Positions 17,200 to 25,132 of a stretch of 32,000 bases of DNA are shown here, one piece after another. Source of the stretch: Erysipelotrichaceae bacterium OH741_COT-311. Lineage in GTDB: Bacteria; Bacillota_I; Bacilli_A; Erysipelotrichales; Erysipelotrichaceae. The position numbers and the translations under genes were made by a program. The notes under the pieces are model-generated. The model made no database searches. It saw nothing but the letters and a program-made list of their open reading frames with translations, and had not been told where the DNA came from. The number at the start of each line of letters is the position of its first letter. Positions within the stretch are counted from its first letter, which is position 1. Location: positions 30,001-62,000 of the forward strand of contig RQZE01000006.1 of assembly GCA_003858585.1 (NCBI GenBank), read 5' to 3'.

Positions 17200-17505
17200 A
17201 TGGAAGATTTAGAATTGGTTGCGTTTAAGATTATTTCAAATGTTGGTAGTGCAAAGGCAAATTATTTAGAAGCACTTGCCAAAGCAAAAGAAAAAGAGTT
17301 TGCACAAGCAGAAGCGTTATTAAAAGAAGGGGAAGCCATGTATTTACTTGGCCATAAGGCGCATTCAACATTGATTACGGATGAAGCAGCAGGCAGACCG
17401 GTAAGTGTTAATTTGATTTTAATGCATGCGGAAGATCAATTGATGAATGCAGAAACTGTGCGTATTTTAGTGGAAGAATTGATTGAAGTTTATCGTAAAC
17501 TATGA
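17200..17505 (+). CDS. PTS lactose/cellobiose-family EIIA component
   Basis: It is a ~100-aa helical protein with the MHAEDQLM phospho-His motif. Confidence 0.85.
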   Translation: MEDLELVAFKIISNVGSAKANYLEALAKAKEKEFAQAEALLKEGEAMYLLGHKAHSTLITDEAAGRPVSVNLILMHAEDQLMNAETVRILVEELIEVYRKL

Positions 17506-18281
17506 AGATGTTTGTAAGTGATTTGGATGGTACTCTTTTAAACAGGCAACATCAATTAGATGCATTAGAGAAAACGATGATTGAAACACTATTACATAAA
17601 AACTATCGTTTTGTTTTAGCAAGTGGACGTAGTTTTCAAAGCATCAAAGAGGTTGTTAATATCCAGGGTGTAGATTACATCTGTTTAAATGGAGCTTTGG
17701 CTTATACTAAGGAATTGCGTTTAATTTATGATGAGCCTATCAATGCTTCCTGTTTAAAAGAGGTTTTAAGAATATTAAATAAATATCGCATTGCTTATTT
17801 ATTATATGGAAAAGAAAAGACTTATTGCAGTAGTAAGTATGCCTATTTTTTTAAGATGTTTCGTTGGTTAAAGCGTTATTCCTTAACAATAAATTGGCTT
17901 AAAACTTTTCAACCGATGAAAGAGTATGATCAACAAGCCATCTATAAAATTGAATTTGAAACCCTTAATCCAAAGGTTTATAAGGCAGTGTCCAACATCA
18001 AAGAACTTCATGTGGTAAATACCAATCCCATTACCTATGAAGTGACAAGCAGGCAGGCTAGTAAAAAAGAGGCGTTGCTTGCCTTACTAAAAGATAGTGG
18101 TATTTTGCAAGAGGAAGTGATGTGTTTTGGAGATAACTATAATGATGAAAGTATGTTACTGCATTTTCCAAATAGTTATCTTATGGCAAATGCCCATGCA
18201 CCCTTAAAAAAGAGAATCTTACAGCATACCTTATCGAATCAACAACATGGTGTTTATCATATATTAAGGAGATATTTATGA
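17502..18281 (+). CDS. Cof-type HAD-IIB sugar phosphatase
   Basis: It has the motif I DLDGTLL at its N-terminus and the C-terminal GDNYND motif. Confidence 0.8.
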   Translation: MKMFVSDLDGTLLNRQHQLDALEKTMIETLLHKNYRFVLASGRSFQSIKEVVNIQGVDYICLNGALAYTKELRLIYDEPINASCLKEVLRILNKYRIAYLLYGKEKTYCSSKYAYFFKMFRWLKRYSLTINWLKTFQPMKEYDQQAIYKIEFETLNPKVYKAVSNIKELHVVNTNPITYEVTSRQASKKEALLALLKDSGILQEEVMCFGDNYNDESMLLHFPNSYLMANAHAPLKKRILQHTLSNQQHGVYHILRRYL

Positions 18282-18781
18282 ATACATATGGCTATTTTGC
18301 AAAACGAATTTTAGCATTTCTTTTTGATTTGTATTTTTCTTCGGTAATGGGAAATGCAATCTATAATTTAATGATTGAGTTTAAAGTTATGGATGTTACC
18401 GTTGCGTTTTATCTTTGTTTATGTGTATCGACGTTACTTTGGTTTTTATTAATTCCACTCATGCGTAAAAAGACACAAACCATTGGACAACGTTTTATGC
18501 GTTTAAAAGTTGTGACGTTAGAAGGTGGTAAAGTTAGCTTAATAAATTATATGAAACGTTTATTTTTGGGTTGTTTTGTACTAGAATGGTCGTTTTATGT
18601 GTTGTCGGTTAACCTCATGGATTATCTATTTAAGTGGATCGGGGTAGGAAAAGATATGTTGCTTTATGTGGTATCGCCTTTTTTACTATTTTCAACCCTA
18701 GCGGTTTTATATGCCTTAAAGAGTAAGCAACATCAAACATTGCATGATGTGATTGCACATACTAAGGTGGTTGAGTACTAA
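18278..18781 (+). CDS. RDD-family membrane protein
   Basis: It is a small three-TM protein with the RDD-like layout and an LHDVIAHTKVV ending. Confidence 0.55.
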   Translation: MNTYGYFAKRILAFLFDLYFSSVMGNAIYNLMIEFKVMDVTVAFYLCLCVSTLLWFLLIPLMRKKTQTIGQRFMRLKVVTLEGGKVSLINYMKRLFLGCFVLEWSFYVLSVNLMDYLFKWIGVGKDMLLYVVSPFLLFSTLAVLYALKSKQHQTLHDVIAHTKVVEY

Positions 18782-18799
18782 TTTCCTAAGTCAAGGAAA
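18782..18799. promoter_or_regulatory. Palindrome TTTCCT-AAGTCA-AGGAAA upstream of the PTS EIIB/EIIC genes; candidate regulator binding site
   Basis: It has perfect 6-bp arms and shares the TTCCTA/AGGAA half-sites with the 13471-13492 palindrome. A further TTCCTAG half-site lies at 18815-18821. Confidence 0.4.
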
Positions 18800-18859
18800 A
18801 TAACTTGTGAATTATTCCTAGTAAAACATGTGACAATATAGTTAGAAAGGGATACATCT

Positions 18860-19180
18860 ATGAAGAGAATATATTTATTTTGTGACAATGGTATGTCAAC
18901 GAGTCTACTTGCAACAAGGATGCAGAAGGTTGCTGATCAACATAATTTGCAAGTAGAAATCAAAGCTTTTTCGGACAAAGAAATGCCAATGATTGTAGAA
19001 GAATATAATCCGGAAGTCATTCTTTTAGGTCCGCAAGTAAAGCATATCTACAACAAGGTCAATGAGCGTTATGGTAACGATAGGCCGGTTTTGGTTATTG
19101 ATCCAAAAGATTATGGTGAAGTAAATGGTGAACGAGTTTTAAAAGTAGCTTTAAAAGCGTATAAAGAAAGGAAACAATAA
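18860..19180 (+). CDS. PTS lactose/cellobiose-family EIIB component
   Basis: IYLFCDNGMSTSLL contains the phospho-Cys motif. The protein is 106 aa. Confidence 0.85.
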   Translation: MKRIYLFCDNGMSTSLLATRMQKVADQHNLQVEIKAFSDKEMPMIVEEYNPEVILLGPQVKHIYNKVNERYGNDRPVLVIDPKDYGEVNGERVLKVALKAYKERKQ

Positions 19181-19182
19181 TT

Positions 19183-20529
19183 ATGTTTGATAAATTAGAG
19201 AAAACATTATCGCCAATTGCCGATGCCTTAAGTAAGAATAAAGTATTGGTGGCAATTCGTGATGGATTTATGATTACAGTTCCAATTGTAATCGTGGGTT
19301 CTATCTTCTTATTAATTGCTAGTTTCCCAATCCAAAACTGGACAGAAATGCTTGCTTCTGTTTTTGGACAAGGATGGGATAGTTATTTATATCGTGTCGT
19401 ATCAATTGCTTTTGATACCGTTGCATTGCTTGCAGCTGTAGGTATCGGATATTGCTATGCTCGTGAATTGGGTGTAGATAATAAAATTGCCGGAGCAATG
19501 ATTGCATTAGCGTGCTTCTTAATCATTTCTCCACAAAAACATCCATTATTTGTAAATGAAGCAGGAAGAGCATTTAGTGGGTTTGCATTTGCAAATCTTG
19601 GAACACGTGGTATGTTCTTAGCAATGATTACAGGTATCTTATCCGTTCAAATCTTTGCTTGGGCATTAAAACGTAAATTGATTATCCGTTTACCGGATGG
19701 AGTACCTCCGGCTGTTATGGATTCCTTTGCATCATTAATTCCGGCTGCAATTGCAATTGTAATCTTCTCTATCGTAAATATTATTTTTGCAAATACACAT
19801 TATGAATATGCACATAATTTCATTTATGAAATTTTACAAGCACCATTAATTGGCTTAGGTAAAACACACTTATTTGAAGTTATTTATCAATTCTTATCTA
19901 CGTTATTCTGGTTCTTTGGTATCAATGGTCCGGCTGTAACAAATACAATCTTTGGTCCAATTCACAAAGCATTAACACTTGAAAACTATAATGCTGCACA
20001 AGCCGGTTTACAAATGACTAATATTTACACTGCCGGATTCTCAGATTTCTTCTGTAACTTTGGTGGTGGAGGATCTACATTAGGTCTTGTTATCATGATG
20101 TCTGTTATCGGTAAGAGTAATCGTATTAAAACATTGGGTCGTTTATCACTTCCGGCTGGTATCTTTGGTATTAACGAACCGATTATCTTTGGTTTACCAA
20201 TTGTGTTAAATCCAATCATGGTTATTCCGTTTATCTTAACGCCAGTAGCCAATACCGTTTTAGCTACTTTGGCAACAGTCTTTAAAATCATTCCGATTAC
20301 AAATGGAGCACAACTTCCTTGGACAATGCCAATTGGTTTCTCCGGATTCTTAATTACAGGTTCAATTGTAGCATCGTTATTCCAATTCTTCTTATTGTTT
20401 GTAGATATGGCAATCTATTATCCGTTCTTACGTGTATTAGATAAGAAATATCTAGAAGAAGAAAAGAATTTAGTTGATGTAAAAGATGAAATTGATGAAT
20501 TGTCATTTGATGATTTAGCATTAGACTAA
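19183..20529 (+). CDS. PTS lactose/cellobiose-family EIIC permease
   Basis: It is a 448-aa polytopic protein whose N-terminus (LSPIADALSKNKVLVAIRDGF) is typical of the ChbC/LicC/CelB family. Confidence 0.85.
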   Translation: MFDKLEKTLSPIADALSKNKVLVAIRDGFMITVPIVIVGSIFLLIASFPIQNWTEMLASVFGQGWDSYLYRVVSIAFDTVALLAAVGIGYCYARELGVDNKIAGAMIALACFLIISPQKHPLFVNEAGRAFSGFAFANLGTRGMFLAMITGILSVQIFAWALKRKLIIRLPDGVPPAVMDSFASLIPAAIAIVIFSIVNIIFANTHYEYAHNFIYEILQAPLIGLGKTHLFEVIYQFLSTLFWFFGINGPAVTNTIFGPIHKALTLENYNAAQAGLQMTNIYTAGFSDFFCNFGGGGSTLGLVIMMSVIGKSNRIKTLGRLSLPAGIFGINEPIIFGLPIVLNPIMVIPFILTPVANTVLATLATVFKIIPITNGAQLPWTMPIGFSGFLITGSIVASLFQFFLLFVDMAIYYPFLRVLDKKYLEEEKNLVDVKDEIDELSFDDLALD

Positions 20530-20530
20530 T

Positions 20531-21055
20531 ATGAAAGTTGTCTTAGTATTTGATCAAGGCTTAGCCGGTCTTGGTGGAAAGGGGAATACACATTTGCCTT
20601 TAACCATACAAAAGGGTGGGATTGGTTCCTACTTGATGCTAAAGCCACATTTTGAAGAGATTCATGCAGAAGTCATCGCAACATTATCGTGTGGAATTGA
20701 AACCTTTATGGATAATCCTGATGATGTGGTCATGAAGCTTTGTGCCATGATTAAAAAATTAAATCCAGATTTTGTTCTAGCAGGTCCATGTTTTGACTTT
20801 AAAGAATTTTCATTAATGAGCGCACGTGTGTGTAAATTGTTAAAAGAAAAGGGTATTAGTCAAGCGGTAACAATGATGTCTAGCGATAATACCAAGGTGA
20901 TTTTAGACTATGCCAAGGAGATTGATATTATCAAAATGCCTAAAAAGGGTGGTACCGGTTTAAAGGACAGCTTTGTAGAGTTAAGTAAGTATATGGACTT
21001 TAAATATAATCAGAAAGCAGAATTTGATGATTTAAGAAAACAGATATGTTATTAA
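20531..21055 (+). CDS. GrdB-like (glycine/sarcosine/betaine reductase component-B-related) domain protein, function unknown
   Basis: The N-terminus MKVVLVFDQGLAGLGGKGN resembles the VVHYINQFFAGIGGEE start of GrdB-family proteins. It is only 174 aa and has no in-frame TGA. Confidence 0.4.
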   Translation: MKVVLVFDQGLAGLGGKGNTHLPLTIQKGGIGSYLMLKPHFEEIHAEVIATLSCGIETFMDNPDDVVMKLCAMIKKLNPDFVLAGPCFDFKEFSLMSARVCKLLKEKGISQAVTMMSSDNTKVILDYAKEIDIIKMPKKGGTGLKDSFVELSKYMDFKYNQKAEFDDLRKQICY

Positions 21056-21081
21056 AGGTTGCTTAGGGCAACCTTTCTTTT
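21054..21081 (+). terminator. Rho-independent terminator or attenuator-like hairpin
   Basis: AAAGGTTGC-TTAGG-GCAACCTTT is followed by CTTTT. It overlaps the ORF-track 5' extension of the next gene. Confidence 0.5.
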
Positions 21082-21091
21082 AGGAGGTTTT

Positions 21092-22183
21092 GTGAAAGAA
21101 CAACTATTTGAAATGGTAGATTCTTTAAAAGAAGAATTGATTCAAGAAGTATGTAATCTTGTATCTATCAATAGTATCAAAGATACACCGTTAAACGATG
21201 CACCATTTGGGAAAGGGTGCAAAGAAGTGTTAGACTATATCGTTGATTTAGGGAAACAAGATGGATTTTTAACAAAGAATGTAGATGGTTATATGGCGTA
21301 TGTTCAAAGTCATCCAGGTGATAAACACATTGGCGTCTTTGGACATTTGGATGTAGTAAGTGTAGAGGGAGAGTGGATGTATCCTCCTTTTAGCGCAACG
21401 ATTGCAGATGGTCGTATTTATGGACGTGGTGCTTTGGATAACAAAGGACCAATCATGGCTGCCTATTATGCCTTAAAAGCCCTGAAGAAAGTTGGTGCAA
21501 CGCTGAAGTATCCAATCCGCATTGTTTTTGGTGCGGATGAAGAATCCGGTATGAGTGATATTGAATATTACTTAAAGAAAGAACCGCTACCTTATATGGG
21601 ATTTACTCCGGATAATAAGTTTCCGGCGATTTATGGGTATCGTGGGCGTGCCGTTGTAAGTGTAACCGGTAATAAGGAAGCAATACGTGAAGTGATGGAC
21701 TTATATTTTAAGGATGAAAATCCATTACATAAGATTGGTATTTATCGTTATGATGAAGATTTTAAAGAGTTAATTTTAAGAAATGTTAGAGTCGTAAATG
21801 AAGAACCTATGGAGTTTGTTTTTACACTTTGTTATGGTAAGTGTGATATTGAGGAAGTGATTCAAGCTATGCAAAAAGAGGTTTCTAATGTAACATTTAA
21901 AATCGTAAGTAATAGCCCTTATATCTTAAAGGATAAAAAAGAACCGCTGGTTCTTACTTTAAATAGGGTGTATAATGAAGTCATGCATCAACAGTTACAA
22001 CCTACTACAACAACGGGTATGACCTACGCCAATAAATGTTCTACCATTATTCCATTTGGTCCATCTTTTCCCGGACAAAATGGAATTGCTCATTTACCAA
22101 ATGAGTGGATGAATATAGAAGATTTAGTGCTTTGTTGTAAGATTTACGCTTATGCACTTTATTGTTTGGCAAATCAAGGATAA
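21092..22183 (+). CDS. M20-family metallodipeptidase (PepV/Sapep-like)
   Basis: It has the HLDVV, GRGALDNKGP and ADEESG metal and catalytic motifs. I prefer the GTG start at 21092, which is preceded by TAGGAGG. Confidence 0.75.
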   Translation: MKEQLFEMVDSLKEELIQEVCNLVSINSIKDTPLNDAPFGKGCKEVLDYIVDLGKQDGFLTKNVDGYMAYVQSHPGDKHIGVFGHLDVVSVEGEWMYPPFSATIADGRIYGRGALDNKGPIMAAYYALKALKKVGATLKYPIRIVFGADEESGMSDIEYYLKKEPLPYMGFTPDNKFPAIYGYRGRAVVSVTGNKEAIREVMDLYFKDENPLHKIGIYRYDEDFKELILRNVRVVNEEPMEFVFTLCYGKCDIEEVIQAMQKEVSNVTFKIVSNSPYILKDKKEPLVLTLNRVYNEVMHQQLQPTTTTGMTYANKCSTIIPFGPSFPGQNGIAHLPNEWMNIEDLVLCCKIYAYALYCLANQG

Positions 22184-22206
22184 TTGTTGACGAAAAAGGA
22201 GATATT

Positions 22207-22737
22207 ATGAAAATTATTAAAGCAGTCATCGTAATGGCTGTCGTATTTGGTTTAGCGGCTTGTGCTAAAGAAAAGAAAGAAGGTTCTATCAAAGATTTAA
22301 GTGCGGTAGAAACTATTCCTTATGAGCTAGGTAGTTATGAAATTGATATTCCTACACAATGGGAAAAGGATGAGAATTTCTTTTTTATGGAAACAACGCC
22401 GGTAGATCGTTTTGCGATGTTACAGATTGCCACAGAACTATTAGATGAATTGGAAGTGAATGAAACTGTCATGAAAGAGTTTGTTGAAGGTTTTGTTACT
22501 GTTATGGATAAACATAAGGTAACAGAACTAAAATCAAAGCAATTCCATGGCATAAAAGTGATGTATGCTTCTATTGATGGTGTTATAGAAGGGCAAAAGG
22601 TAAAGGTTGGTATTTATCTTTTCCAAGATAAAGATCCTAAACAATCTAATATTCTTGCACTATATCAAGGTAGAAATACAAAGTATGATTATATCAAAGA
22701 TGTTGACCTTATCTTAAATAACATGAGAGAAAAATAA
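22207..22737 (+). CDS. Lipoprotein of unknown function
   Basis: MKIIKAVIVMAVVFGLAAC is a signal peptide with a lipobox. The RBS AAAGGAG lies upstream of the ATG at 22207. Confidence 0.7.
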   Translation: MKIIKAVIVMAVVFGLAACAKEKKEGSIKDLSAVETIPYELGSYEIDIPTQWEKDENFFFMETTPVDRFAMLQIATELLDELEVNETVMKEFVEGFVTVMDKHKVTELKSKQFHGIKVMYASIDGVIEGQKVKVGIYLFQDKDPKQSNILALYQGRNTKYDYIKDVDLILNNMREK

Positions 22738-22846
22738 TACTGTATAGATTTTTAGAGATAGGGATGTTCTTTGTTTAAAGGTACGGAAGATGAAAAATAA
22801 AGATAAATTTTAATTATGAATTTGGTGTTTAAAGTGATGAGGCATA

Positions 22847-23294
22847 ATGGAGGAGATTTGTGTATTACTCAGAGTTGGTAAAAAAGCTATGAATATTACG
22901 TTTGAAGCTCATAAAAATGATTTTGACAAGGGTGGTTGGTTATCCATACGTTTTTCATCCATTTTATCTTGCGACTCAAGTAGATGATGAATTTGCTACC
23001 TGTGTAGCTTTACTTCATGATTTAGTCGAAGATCATGGAGATAAATATAATTTTGATACATTATTAGAAATGGAATTTCCAATAGAAATTGTTAATGCTT
23101 TAAGAGTATTAACCCATAAAAAAGACGTTCCGTATATGGAGTATATTGAGACAATTTCTAAAAATGAAATTGCACGAGAAGTAAAAATACAAGATTTAAA
23201 ACATAACCTCGATATAAGAAGAATGGATGGTGTAAAAAGTAAAAAATATGACATGTATATTGTAGCTTTAAAATACTTAGAAGAATGTAAGTGA
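22847..23294 (+). pseudogene. Frameshifted small HD-domain (p)ppGpp-hydrolase-like gene (RelA/SpoT HD, SAH-like)
   Basis: Frame A reads ...FEAHKNDFDKGG and then runs to a stop at 22987. Frame B continues YPYVFHP...ALLHDLVEDH...KIQDLKHNL. The two frames switch at a TGGT-TGGT tandem duplication (22933-22940). Confidence 0.65.
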
Positions 23295-23354
23295 AGAAGA
23301 TAAATTAAAAATGAAATAAATAATCATAATTAATATTGAAATAGCTTTGAAATC

Positions 23355-23389
23355 AAGACAGTAGAAATTAAAAATCTACTGTTTTTTTT
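23355..23389 (+). terminator. Rho-independent terminator
   Basis: ACAGTAGA (23358-23365) pairs with TCTACTGT (23375-23382) and is followed by T7. Confidence 0.75.
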
Positions 23390-23598
23390 CGACCATCTAT
23401 TTGGTATGTTCAATAAACGGAAAAAATTACAATGAAACTAACTTGTTTTTAAAATATCTTACAATGATATAAATACTGATTAAATAAAATTCAAAAAGAA
23501 GGATTATGACAATGATAGCCTAAAGAAAAATAACAATATATTAAGTGCTCAGTGCAAAAATAAAGATGGAATGACAGAAAGTGTATATCAATTAAAAG

Positions 23599-23627
23599 TT
23601 GAATGTAACCAATATTTATGATACAAT
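23599..23627 (+). promoter_or_regulatory. Strong sigma-A-type promoter upstream of the HTH/RM genes
   Basis: The -35 TTGAAT (23599-23604) is followed by a 17-nt spacer and an extended -10 TGaTACAAT (23619-23627). Confidence 0.6.
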
Positions 23628-23659
23628 GAAAATAATTATATTCAAAAAAGAGGGTTAAT

Positions 23660-23881
23660 ATGGCATTAAACTATAAACCATTATGGATACAGCTGGCTAA
23701 AAAAGGTTTGAAAAAAATTGATGTTATAGCAATGGCTTATTTAACAACGAATGTTATGGCACAAATGGGAAAGAATAAACCTATTACATTTAAAAACCTA
23801 GAGAGAATATGTAAGGCACTTGATTGCACTCCTAACGATGTATTCTCTTTTGATGATGAATATGTTGAGGGGGAAAAATAA
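23660..23881 (+). CDS. XRE-family (Cro/C1, HTH_26-like) small transcriptional regulator, possibly a controller (C) protein of the downstream RM gene
   Basis: It is 73 aa with an HTH core (IDVIAMAYLTTNVMAQMGKNKPITFKNLERICKAL). Its stop overlaps the next ATG (TAATG). Confidence 0.7.
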   Translation: MALNYKPLWIQLAKKGLKKIDVIAMAYLTTNVMAQMGKNKPITFKNLERICKALDCTPNDVFSFDDEYVEGEK

Positions 23882-25132
23882 TGCAAATTAAATGGACTTT
23901 AGAAGATGATGTAAACGACTATGTTAAAAGTACACTAGAAGATTTAGGATTAAAAAAAATTGAAAGACTATAATGTTGAATCTTCTATGTCAGACTATAT
24001 GAAAGAGGCATTAAGAGGAAGTTCCAAAACAAAAAATAAAACAAATTTTGAGAAGCCTGATTTTCATATTGAAAAGTATAATATTCCTGTTGTTTTTGAG
24101 GATAAACTTGGAATAAAAAAGTTAATTTCAAAAACTAAAGATGGCATAAAAGAAGATGAAAAATCAATTGGTAATTTTGCGGTAAATGGAGCATTGTATT
24201 ACGCAACACAAATGATAGATAGTGATAAATATGATGAAGTGGTAGCTATCGGTGTTGCAGGGAATAGCAAAGAAGATGTAGAAATACAGGTTTATTATGT
24301 TTATGGTTCATCAATGAAGTCTGTAAAGTATATGACAGAATATAAAACTCTTGATTTTTTGGAGAATAAACTAACATTTGAGAATTTTTATAAAGACGCA
24401 GTTTTAACTGAAGAAGAAAAACACGAGTTACTGATTACAAGCAAGAAGATATTAAACGATTATGCTGGTAAGTTGAACAAACTAATGCACAATCACAATA
24501 TTACAGCTCTTCAGCGTGTATTATATGTTTTAGGAATGCTTTTATCTATGCAAGATGTTGTTAACTCAGAGGGCGAAAAGATACAAGACGGATTAACGCC
24601 AGATGATTTAAAAGGTATTCAAACGGACTCAAAAAGAGATGGTAAAGTTATAACATCACAAATCAGAGAATTTTTGAAAGCAAGAAAAATTGATGCGGAT
24701 AAATAAGAATTGATGATAGCTTCATTTTCAGAAATTTCAAAAGATAGGCAAAGAGATGAAGCTACTACTAATGACAAAGAAGTTTCAAAATTACTTGATA
24801 AAGAAAGCAGTACAAATAAGCAGATTTTTACCTTTATTTATGAATATGTGTATAAGCAGATAGATGCTATTGCAGGTCATATTGATATTATGGGAGAAAT
24901 GTATTCTGAATTTCTAAAATACGCACTTGGAGATGATAAGGAAATAGGAATTGTTTTGACACCACCTTATGTGACTAAGCTAATGGCTGAAATACTTAAC
25001 ATAACAGAAGATAATCGAGTAATGGACTTAGCAACGGGGTTTTATGTCATAATTATGTTAGTGGTAAAAAGTCTAATAAAATCAAGGGTTTTAGTGCTTC
25101 TACAAATTCTTAAAACTCTTAAATTACAATAA
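23881..25132 (+). pseudogene. Decayed Type IIG-like restriction-modification fusion gene: N-terminal PD-ExK nuclease plus an N6-adenine (N6_Mtase family) methyltransferase, truncated shortly after motif I
   Basis: The gene has three lesions.
1. The ATG at 23881 opens a frame that is broken at an A8 run (23952-23959); A7 would fuse it to the 23960 frame.
2. An in-frame TAA lies at 24704-24706.
3. The reading frame leaves methylase sequence at about 25036, where a repeat shared with 29905 begins.

Motifs: KPDF...VVFEDK (PD...ExK), GEMYSEFLKY, GIVLTPPYVTKLM and VMDLATG (motif I). Confidence 0.6.

Noticed and set aside
20531-21055. A GrdB selenoprotein (glycine reductase component B)
   Set aside because: Only the N-terminal ~20 residues resemble GrdB. 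The protein is 174 aa against more than 400 aa for GrdB. There is no in-frame TGA or SECIS-like context, and there are no other grd genes. I keep it as a GrdB-like domain protein of unknown function.
21059-21091. The ATG at 21059 as the start of the M20 dipeptidase
   Set aside because: The extension overlaps a terminator-like hairpin (21054-21076) and contains the AGGAGG that serves as the RBS for the in-frame GTG at 21092.
22162-22206. The ATG at 22162 as the start of the lipoprotein gene
   Set aside because: It would overlap the end of the peptidase gene and bury the signal peptide. The internal ATG at 22207 has an AAAGGAG RBS and yields a canonical lipoprotein signal (…GLAAC).
24710-25132. 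The 140-aa ORF as an independent small methyltransferase gene
   Set aside because: It is in the same frame as 23960..24706 and separated from it only by a TAA. It lacks everything after motif I, and its last ~30 codons are read from the kilA-N leader repeat. I treat it as part of one RM pseudogene.
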